From NCBI GenBank assembly GCA_034723415.1, contig JAYEOX010000105.1, positions 1 to 12,872 on the forward strand: a stretch of DNA of 12,872 nt, read 5' to 3'. The position numbers and the translations under genes are program-made. The first letter of the stretch is position 1. Each line of letters begins with the position of its first letter. Below, piece by piece: positions 1 to 7,047 of the stretch. The notes beneath the pieces were generated by a model. The model did not search any database. It was not told the origin of the DNA and saw only the letters and a program-made list of their open reading frames with translations. Origin of the DNA: Fidelibacterota bacterium (GTDB lineage Bacteria > Fidelibacterota > Fidelibacteria > Fidelibacterales > Fidelibacteraceae).

Positions 1-1485
1 ATTACTAATTCCATATATGTTTCCCTTATATAAATATCTATGCAAAAATGGAGATAAACTTAGTGAATATCGTAATTTTGCCATTGGCACCTTATATGAA
101 TTTAATATTGATATAGATGATTTTATCCCATTATGATAATTGCCAATAAATAAATAATTCTTTAAAATCAGTGAAGTATTTTGAATACGCTTATTAAAAA
201 TAGAAGCGTACATATTCATCCCCGCATTGCTATCAAAATAGAATCCTCCGTGCAATTCAATTTTTTTATTTTCTTTTAAATCAACAGTAACAATTAATCT
301 GTTATTTAATTTATCATCAGTAATATCATAATCCACACTATTAAAATATCCAGTAGAATAAAGTCGTTGAATAGCTTCATGAAATCTATCATAATCGAAT
401 GTTTTGTTTTTATTTAATGCCATCATTATAGCAATTTGTTGTTTAGTAAATCTCTCATTCCCTTTTATTATAATTTCCCATCTCTTTCTGTTTTCAAAAA
501 AATTGTTGTATTTATTCTGTTTTTTATGAAATGATTTTATATCAGCTTTTTTATCAATTATTGCAGCAAGTTTTTTAGCAAGTACTTTCCCTTCTTCATA
601 TCCCCTTTTTATTGTTGTATCGCCTGTTGAAAAATCAAAAAGCGAAATATCCGAATTGTCTATTTGAATAAATTCATCATAATTTTTTACAAATTCCGAA
701 TCGCTACGAGCGGCTAAAACATTACTTAATTGGTTCGCTAATGATGACACATCTTGTATCTCATCTGGCTTTGGGGGGATATCACCAACATTAACGGCTA
801 TGATATAATTTGCTCCAATATTTATTGCTACTTCAATAGGCAGATTATCATATAATCCACCATCTACCAATATCGTTGAATCTATTATTACAGGTTCAAA
901 TGCAATTGGATAAGCCATTGATGCACGCATAGATTTTGCTAAAGATCCTTCAGAAAATACAACTGACTTTTTATTTATAATATTAGCTCCTACACAGCGG
1001 AATGGTACGGCAAGAGAATCAAAATTTGAATTGGCTTTGCAATTTCCGGGAATTGTCCAATATGAGATAAAATCATTTATACTTTGATCGTCAAACAATC
1101 CGAATGGTTTTATTATCTTTTTCTTTTCTTCGTCGACAAATAAATTGACTTGCTCTGGTAAATTATTAAGTCGATACTCAATTGGGATTTCATTTGGGTT
1201 TATTTTATTATAAAAAATATCATTTAATTCATCGGTCATAGCAATTTCTTCTAATTTTTTAATTGGCATCCCTGCAGCATATAAACCACCTACAAGAGCT
1301 CCGGCACTTGCACCTGTGATACAATATATTGGGATTTGATATTCTTCGAATGCTTTTATTATACCAATATGAGATAAACCTTTCGCACCACCACCACTCA
1401 AAACCAATCCTATTCTAAGATCTTGTGCAAATACATTTCCTACAAATATAATACAAATTAGAAATTTTAATAATAATGTTTTCAT
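1..1485 (-). CDS. Patatin-like phospholipase with signal peptide and POTRA domain (PlpD/type Vd-like); 3' end lies beyond the left edge of the window
   Basis: Not in the ORF track; translated by hand. ATG at 1485-1483, open for 495 codons to position 1. N-terminus MKTLLLKFLICIIFVGNVFA|QD looks like a Sec signal peptide. Patatin motifs LVLSGGGAKG, GASAG (GxSxG nucleophile), RASMAYP and VDGG (DGG at 864-856). A POTRA-like segment follows (IIIKGNERFTKQQI...FDYDRFHEAIQRLYSTGYFNSV...VDLKE, ~477-270), then alternating beta-strand-like sequence (ELHGGFYFDS). Confidence 0.88.
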   Translation of the reverse strand, partial: MKTLLLKFLICIIFVGNVFAQDLRIGLVLSGGGAKGLSHIGIIKAFEEYQIPIYCITGASAGALVGGLYAAGMPIKKLEEIAMTDELNDIFYNKINPNEIPIEYRLNNLPEQVNLFVDEEKKKIIKPFGLFDDQSINDFISYWTIPGNCKANSNFDSLAVPFRCVGANIINKKSVVFSEGSLAKSMRASMAYPIAFEPVIIDSTILVDGGLYDNLPIEVAINIGANYIIAVNVGDIPPKPDEIQDVSSLANQLSNVLAARSDSEFVKNYDEFIQIDNSDISLFDFSTGDTTIKRGYEEGKVLAKKLAAIIDKKADIKSFHKKQNKYNNFFENRKRWEIIIKGNERFTKQQIAIMMALNKNKTFDYDRFHEAIQRLYSTGYFNSVDYDITDDKLNNRLIVTVDLKENKKIELHGGFYFDSNAGMNMYASIFNKRIQNTSLILKNYLFIGNYHNGIKSSISILNSYKVPMAKLRYSLSLSPFLHRYLYKGNIYGISN

Positions 1486-1592
1486 TTGTATGTAAATTAT
1501 TAATTTTTTCTCTAAATATCTAATGATTTTATAAATATTATCTTATCTGAGAGAAAAAAGAAAGTGGTCATTTTGAAATAATACCAGGCGAA

Positions 1593-1775
1593 TTATGAAC
1601 TGCGAATCTTATCTTCAACTACAGATTCAATTTTACTCATAGCGATCCGCTCTTGTTTTAGCGAATCCCGTTCTCGAATAGTAACTGTTTTGTCTTCTAA
1701 TAATTGGTAATCTACAGTAATACAAAAAGGCGTTCCAGCTTCGTCTTGCCTTCTATATCTTTTTCCGATAGAACC
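1593..1775 (-). pseudogene. glyQS: Displaced duplicate of the glyQS 3' end (C-terminal part of the anticodon-binding domain plus stop codon)
   Basis: Translates as [60 protein letters not shown], collinear with the C-terminus of 3045..4385. The in-frame ATG at 1808 lies in unrelated AT-rich sequence with no Shine-Dalgarno motif. Confidence 0.85.
1625..1775. repeat. Direct repeat copy 1 (151 bp; partner 3092..3242)
   Basis: Manual ungapped alignment at offset 1467 gives 138/151 identical; longest perfect run is 47 bp (1651-1697 = 3118-3164). Confidence 0.95.
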
Positions 1776-1828
1776 ACAAATATTTATATATTTTGTATAT
1801 ATATTCATTATTGTGCAATATTTCTAAT

Positions 1829-2953
1829 TTAAAAAAGTTTTAAATATTCTCCAAAAACGAAAATGCGATTTCTTTGATAACCAGTTATTTCCTCAAGAAT
1901 TTTATTATCTACAAAAAATTTAACTAAACTATTTGACGACTTAGAAGAAAGACCAGTAATTTTTTCAATTTTTCTCACTGTTATAACCGGTTCTTTAAAC
2001 AACTCATGTAATAAAATTAATCCCAATTTTAATCGTTTTCCCATTGGTATAATCTTGTTATTTTCAATATCTGATTTTAATTTCATTATTTTTTGTAGTG
2101 TTTCAATTGAATTTTCTGCTGTTTCAATTATTCCAACAAGAAAAAATTTAATCCACTGTATTAAATTGTTTTTTTCTCGTACTAAAGTTAGATTATCATA
2201 ATATAATAATTTATTTCGTTCAAAAAAATCTGATAAATAAAGCAATGGACTTTTCATAATACCATTTGAAACAAGATATAAAGTTATGAGTAAACGACCA
2301 ATTCTACCATTGCCATCAAGAAAGGGATGAATGGTTTCAAATTGATAATGTGCAATTGCAATTTTTATTAAATGTGGAATTGCATTATTATAAAGAAATT
2401 TTTCTAAATCAGATAATAATTCTGGTAACTCTTCAAATGTTGGTGGTATAAAAGTGGCATCTGATAAAGAAGCTCCACCAATCCAGTTTTGAGATTTTCT
2501 AAATTCACCAGGTGTTTTATGCTCTCCTCTTACATTGGAAAGTAATATTTTATGAGTATTTTTTATTAATCTATTGGACAAAGGTAAAGTATTTAATTTT
2601 TCAATTGCATAATTCATTGCAGAAACATAATTATTTACTTCTTGCCAATCATCTCTTTTTTCTGGGTTAATTTCTTTTTTTTCAGATAATGCATCTTCAA
2701 TATTAGTTTGTGTTCCCTCAATTTTACTGGACCCAACAGCTTCTTTATAAATATGCATCTTTATAAATATATCTATGTCTGGAATGAAGTTCGCAAATGA
2801 ATTCAATTCTCCAAGCTTTAAAGATGCTAATTCTAAAAGTTTATTTATTTTTTCTTCTGTCCATACAAAAGAATGATTGATTTTTTCCGGCACAAAATAG
2901 CTATATTGATATCCTTTTTGATATTTTCCTGACTTAAAATTATTAATATCCAT
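1829..2953 (-). CDS. fic: Fic-family protein adenylyltransferase, class II (SoFic-like: N-terminal inhibitory helix, Fic core, probable C-terminal winged HTH)
   Basis: Canonical Fic motif HPFLDGNGRIGR (HxFxDGNGRxxR) and N-terminal inhibitory motif SSKIEG ((S/T)xxxE(G/N)). The C-terminal PVITVRKIEKITGLSSKSSNSLVKFFVDNKILEEITG...RNRIF segment is HTH-like. Start moved from TTG 2965 to ATG 2953 because GGAGA (2963-2959) sits just upstream of that ATG. Confidence 0.92.
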   Translation of the reverse strand: MDINNFKSGKYQKGYQYSYFVPEKINHSFVWTEEKINKLLELASLKLGELNSFANFIPDIDIFIKMHIYKEAVGSSKIEGTQTNIEDALSEKKEINPEKRDDWQEVNNYVSAMNYAIEKLNTLPLSNRLIKNTHKILLSNVRGEHKTPGEFRKSQNWIGGASLSDATFIPPTFEELPELLSDLEKFLYNNAIPHLIKIAIAHYQFETIHPFLDGNGRIGRLLITLYLVSNGIMKSPLLYLSDFFERNKLLYYDNLTLVREKNNLIQWIKFFLVGIIETAENSIETLQKIMKLKSDIENNKIIPMGKRLKLGLILLHELFKEPVITVRKIEKITGLSSKSSNSLVKFFVDNKILEEITGYQRNRIFVFGEYLKLF

Positions 2954-2965
2954 ATTGTTCTCCAA

Positions 2966-2993
2966 AATAAAATATGCATTCTCTTATTTTACT
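2966..2993. promoter_or_regulatory. Palindromic operator-like box 1 upstream of fic
   Basis: AATAAAATA-tgcattctct-TATTTTACT; arms match at 8/9, 10-bp spacer, adjacent to the fic ribosome-binding site. Confidence 0.5.
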
Positions 2994-3005
2994 TTACTCG
3001 CTTAT

Positions 3006-3033
3006 AGTAAAATATATTTTTATATATTTTACT
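3006..3033. promoter_or_regulatory. Palindromic operator-like box 2 upstream of fic
   Basis: AGTAAAATATAT-tttt-ATATATTTTACT, a perfect 12-bp inverted repeat with the same 9-10-9 architecture as box 1, starting 40 bp from it. Confidence 0.55.
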
Positions 3034-3044
3034 TTCTATACAAA

Positions 3045-4385
3045 TTATCTAAAGCTCTTAATCGCTTCATAAATCTTTTCATTAATCACCAATTCAATTT
3101 TACTTATAGCAATCCGTTCTTGTTTTAGCGAATCCCGTTCTCGAATAGTAACTGTTTTGTCTTCCAATGATTGGTGATCAACCGTTATACAGAAAGGAGT
3201 TCCAGCTTCGTCTTGTCTTCTATATCTTTTCCCGATAGAACCGCCGCCATCATAAAATGATGAAATTTTAAATTTAAGTTCATCAAATATTTTACGCGCG
3301 ATTTCAGGCATTCCTTGTTTATTGAATAGTGGAAATATTGCAACTTTTATTGGTGCAATTTCGGGCGAAAATCTCATAACTGTTCTGTTATTTTCTTCAT
3401 CTTCCCAATAAGAATCTACTAAAATTGTTAAAATTGTTCTATCTATTCCGGCTGATGTTTCAATAACTGCAGGAATAATTTTTTCTCCACGATTTTGCTG
3501 ATCAATATAATGTAATTTTTTCCCACTATAATTTATGTGTTGAGTGAGATCGAATGTTCCTCTATCAGCAATCCCTTCTAATTCAGAAAAGCCAAAAGGA
3601 AATTCGTATTCTATATCATAACAAGCCTCAGAATAATGAGCTAATTCATCCTCACTATGTGGATGTAATCGTAATTTTTCAGGAGTAATCCCCAATGATT
3701 TATACCAATTCAAACGCTCATTTTTCCAATATTCCAACCACTTATCGTTTTCACCCGGACGAATAAAAAATTCCATTTCCATCTGTTCAAATTCTCTCGT
3801 CCTAAAAATAAAATTTCCTGTAGTTATTTCATTACGAAATGCCTTACCGATTTGAGCAATTCCAAAGGGCAATTTTACCCTGTTTGACGAAGTAATATTA
3901 TTGAAATTTATAAATATCCCCTGTGCTGTTTCCGGACGCAAATAAATTTCTTGTGACGAATCTTCTGTAGAACCGAGTTCTGTTTTGAACATCAAATTAA
4001 ATTGTTTTGGTTCGCTTAATTCACCATTACATTCCGGACAACGAGTGGTATTTTCCGGTAAATTATCAACTCTAAATCTTTTGCGACACTTTTTACACTC
4101 AACCATCGGATCATGAAAATTTTCTATATGACCTGATGCTTCCCAAACCTTCGGATGCATCAATATTGCAGCGTCCATTCCCAAAATATTTTCACGTGCC
4201 GTTACAATATTCTTCCACCAATGATCTTTAACATTTCTTTTTAATTCAACTCCCAAGGGGCCATAATCATATACAGCATTAATACTGCCATAAATTTCAC
4301 TACTTTGAAATAGTATTCCTCTTCTTCTGGAAAGTGAAATGATTTTTTCAATTAACGGATTATTTTTTACTTTCTTTTTTGCCAT
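3045..4385 (-). CDS. glyQS: Glycine--tRNA ligase, alpha2 homodimeric type
   Basis: SEIYG...YDYGPLGVELKRN, VWEASGH, FNLMF, YLRPETAQGIF, motif 2 (GKAFRNEI...FRTREFEQMEMEFF), ELEGIADR, and anticodon domain [21 protein letters not shown]. One Cys4 knuckle (CKKC...CPEC). Confidence 0.97.
   Translation of the reverse strand: MAKKKVKNNPLIEKIISLSRRRGILFQSSEIYGSINAVYDYGPLGVELKRNVKDHWWKNIVTARENILGMDAAILMHPKVWEASGHIENFHDPMVECKKCRKRFRVDNLPENTTRCPECNGELSEPKQFNLMFKTELGSTEDSSQEIYLRPETAQGIFINFNNITSSNRVKLPFGIAQIGKAFRNEITTGNFIFRTREFEQMEMEFFIRPGENDKWLEYWKNERLNWYKSLGITPEKLRLHPHSEDELAHYSEACYDIEYEFPFGFSELEGIADRGTFDLTQHINYSGKKLHYIDQQNRGEKIIPAVIETSAGIDRTILTILVDSYWEDEENNRTVMRFSPEIAPIKVAIFPLFNKQGMPEIARKIFDELKFKISSFYDGGGSIGKRYRRQDEAGTPFCITVDHQSLEDKTVTIRERDSLKQERIAISKIELVINEKIYEAIKSFR
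3092..3242. repeat. Direct repeat copy 2 (151 bp, inside functional glyQS; partner 1625..1775)
   Basis: Same alignment as copy 1. Confidence 0.95.
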
Positions 4386-6682
4386 TTTTTACCTTTTTTA
4401 CTCTTTAGTTTTTTATCAATAATTTCTTTGCATTCTTCTAATGTTATTTTTTCAGGATTAATCTTTTTAGGAATTTTGTAGTTCTTTTTTTTGTATGCGA
4501 TATATGGACCATATCTACCTTTTTTTACTATCATATCTCCATTTTCAAATTCTTTTAGAATACTTTTTCTCTTTTCAATTTTTGCTTCCTTAATTATTTC
4601 AATTGCTCTTTTGCTATCAATTGAATCCGGCGTATCGGGCTTTTTGATTGAATAAAATTTTGAATTATGTCTAATGTAAGGGCCATATCTTCCTATACCA
4701 ATGACCATCTCTTTATCTTCAAATGTTCCTACTTGACGAGGGAATTTGAGTAATTTTAAAGCTCCTTCCAATGTAATTGAATTTAATGACTGTTTTTTAG
4801 TTATCTTTGCAAAGTCGGGTTTTTCTTCACCTTTTGACTCACCTCTCTGAACAACTGCCCCATATCTTGCTATCTTTGCATATATATTTTTTCCTGATTT
4901 CGGATCTTTTCCTAACAGTCGTTCGCCTTTATGCTTATCTGCCTCTTTTGAAACTGTTTCCACCTTTTTGTGAAATGGATTATAGAATTCTTCTATCATA
5001 TTTTTCCATTGCATTTTTCCATCAGCGATCATATCAAAATCATCTTCAATATGAGCTGTAAAATTATAATTTAATATATCATTGAAATATTTTAACAAGA
5101 ATTCATTTACAACAATTCCAATATCCGTAGGAAACAATTTTGATTTTTGATATCCGGTGTTTTCTGTTTTTTTGGATTCTTCAATTTCTCCATTTTCCAA
5201 AAATACATAATCATATTCTCTTTTTATCCCATCTCTATTTTCTTTTACTACATATTTTCTCTTTTGAATTGTTGAAATTGTTGGAGCATAAGTAGATGGA
5301 CGACCAATTCCTAATTCTTCCATTTTTTTAACCAAAGTTGCTTCTGAAAATCTTGCCGGTGGTTGAGAATACTTCTGAGTTGCATCCATTTTTAACAGAT
5401 CTAAATCATCACCAATTTTTATTGGTGGTAGAATATTTTGATTTAATTTTTGTGATTGCTTTCCATCAAAATATACCTTAAGAAATCCATCAAAAATTAA
5501 TATTTCACCTTTACCAATAAGTTTTTTTTCAGAATTTGAAATATCAACAGTTACTTTCGTTCTTTCAACTTTTGCCGAACTCATTTGAGATGCAATTGTC
5601 CGTTTCCATATCATGTTATATAATTTCTTTTCCGATGCGTTTTTACCCGCAAACTCTTTTTCCAAATTTGTCGGGCGAATTGCTTCGTGTGCTTCTTGTG
5701 CACCTTTACTTTTTGTCCTAAAATTACGCGGTTTAGAATATTCTTTACCATACTTATTAGTGATAACATTTATAGATTTACCAATTGCCATTTTTGATAA
5801 ATTAAGAGAATCTGTTCGCATATAAGTTATTAATCCTGCTTCATATAAATGTTGAGCAAATAACATAGTTCGTGAAACTGAGTATCCCATTTTATTGTTT
5901 GCTTCCTGTTGCAAAGTAGAGGTTGTAAATGGCGGTTTCGGCGATTTTGTTCCCGGCTTCTTTTCTATATTTCCAACTGAAAATTTTGCTGTTTTGCACT
6001 TGTTAAAGAGTTCTAATGCTTCGGATTTTGAATCTAAATTCTTAAGTAAATCAGCAGTGAATTCATACTCTTTCCCATCTTTTTCTATTTTAAAATATGC
6101 AACTATTTTATAAGATGATTTACTTTTGAATTTTGCTATTTTATTCTCTCGTTCAACAATTAATCTAACTGCAACAGACTGCACACGTCCTGCAGAAAGT
6201 TTCGGTTTTATTTTTTTCCATAGCAGAGGAGATAATTCATATCCAACTAATCTGTCAAGAATTCTACGCGCTTGTTGTGCATCAACTAATTTTTGATCTA
6301 CTAACCCAGGGTTTTTAATTGCATCATTTATTGCTGATTTTGTGATCTCATGAAAAACAATTCGCTTCGTATCATTTACATCCAAATTTAAAGCGGTGCA
6401 TAAATGCCAAGCAATTGCTTCACCTTCTCGATCTTGATCAGTAGCAAGATATATTGAATCCGATTTTCTCACAGCAATTTTCAATTCTTTTAAAATTTTT
6501 GATTTCTTCGAAGATATAACATAAGTTGGCACAAATCCATTTTCAGTATCTATACCCATTTTAGAAGATGGTAGATCTCTTATATGCCCCATTGAAGCAA
6601 TAGCATCATAATCTTTACCCAAAAACCTCTTAATTGTATTTGCCTTTGATGGTGATTCTACTATTATTAATTTTTTACTCAC
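4367..6682 (-). CDS. topA: DNA topoisomerase I (type IA) with zinc-free C-terminal repeats
   Basis: Toprim motifs LIIVESPSKA, GHIRDL and ATDQDREGE; LSAGRVQS; PFTTSTLQQ; catalytic GLITYMRTDS; AQEAHEAIRP; GIGRPSTYA. Three C-terminal repeats (ARYGAV, GRYGPY, GRYGPY) and no Cys4 ribbons. GTG start with AAGGA upstream; overlaps glyQS by 19 nt. Confidence 0.97.
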   Translation of the reverse strand: MSKKLIIVESPSKANTIKRFLGKDYDAIASMGHIRDLPSSKMGIDTENGFVPTYVISSKKSKILKELKIAVRKSDSIYLATDQDREGEAIAWHLCTALNLDVNDTKRIVFHEITKSAINDAIKNPGLVDQKLVDAQQARRILDRLVGYELSPLLWKKIKPKLSAGRVQSVAVRLIVERENKIAKFKSKSSYKIVAYFKIEKDGKEYEFTADLLKNLDSKSEALELFNKCKTAKFSVGNIEKKPGTKSPKPPFTTSTLQQEANNKMGYSVSRTMLFAQHLYEAGLITYMRTDSLNLSKMAIGKSINVITNKYGKEYSKPRNFRTKSKGAQEAHEAIRPTNLEKEFAGKNASEKKLYNMIWKRTIASQMSSAKVERTKVTVDISNSEKKLIGKGEILIFDGFLKVYFDGKQSQKLNQNILPPIKIGDDLDLLKMDATQKYSQPPARFSEATLVKKMEELGIGRPSTYAPTISTIQKRKYVVKENRDGIKREYDYVFLENGEIEESKKTENTGYQKSKLFPTDIGIVVNEFLLKYFNDILNYNFTAHIEDDFDMIADGKMQWKNMIEEFYNPFHKKVETVSKEADKHKGERLLGKDPKSGKNIYAKIARYGAVVQRGESKGEEKPDFAKITKKQSLNSITLEGALKLLKFPRQVGTFEDKEMVIGIGRYGPYIRHNSKFYSIKKPDTPDSIDSKRAIEIIKEAKIEKRKSILKEFENGDMIVKKGRYGPYIAYKKKNYKIPKKINPEKITLEECKEIIDKKLKSKKGKKWQKRK

Positions 6683-6708
6683 TATAGTATTCCTTTTTTA
6701 ATTTAAGT

Positions 6709-6736
6709 AATATACAAAATAGAGAATGTTTTTCAA
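6709..6736 (-). promoter_or_regulatory. Candidate sigma70 promoter for topA-glyQS
   Basis: Minus strand TTGAAA-N16-TATATT, 26 bp upstream of the topA GTG. The AT-rich context makes chance matches likely. Confidence 0.3.
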
Positions 6737-6832
6737 ATTATATTATTAAATTATAAAAATACAGCTAATGTTTGTTATGAAATTTGCACCACAAATCTCA
6801 ATGGAATTAATTGTTAAAAAACTTTTTTATAG

Positions 6833-6862
6833 TTGACATTATAAATAATATATTATTAACTT
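6833..6862 (+). promoter_or_regulatory. Candidate sigma70 promoter for the oxidoreductase operon
   Basis: Perfect -35 TTGACA (6833-6838), 18-bp spacer, TAACTT (6857-6862). Confidence 0.5.
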
Positions 6863-7047
6863 TAAGGTATGGAAATGGTGGGCAATATACTCGAAAAATA
6901 AAAGAGAAAAATGCAGAAGCATAAGCTTTTATCCCAAAATCTCATATCACATACATTTCATACATTACAATTAATTGTTAATCAATGCGGTATTTTAATA
7001 GTAAAATTAATAAATTTTTTTCATATAAATTTAAGAGGGAAAGTTAA

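Larger units (their letters stand above)
1776..3242. mobile_element. Putative integrase-less genomic islet (fic cassette plus replacement glyQS 3' end) inserted in glyQS
   Basis: A single accessory gene bounded by direct repeats of a target-gene 3' end. No integrase or transposase is present, so mobility is inferred. Confidence 0.55.

Noticed and set aside
1550..1590. Possible minus-strand terminator after the displaced glyQS tail (TGGT...ACCA followed by a T-rich run)
   Set aside because: The stem is short and bulged, too weak to call.
1593..3242. Diversity-generating retroelement (template/variable repeat pair) or IS target-site duplication as the explanation for the repeats
   Set aside because: Mismatches are not adenine-specific and are mostly synonymous third positions; there is no reverse transcriptase or transposase, and 151 bp is far too long for a target-site duplication.
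4807..6113. Four short plus-strand ORFs (4807-5061, 5536-5721, 5613-5825, 5895-6113)
   Set aside because: Antisense shadows within the well-conserved topA; no recognisable motifs.
6771..6830. Possible Rex boxes (TTGTTA... half-sites) upstream of korAB
   Set aside because: No matching TTCACAA-like right half at the 18-bp Rex spacing.
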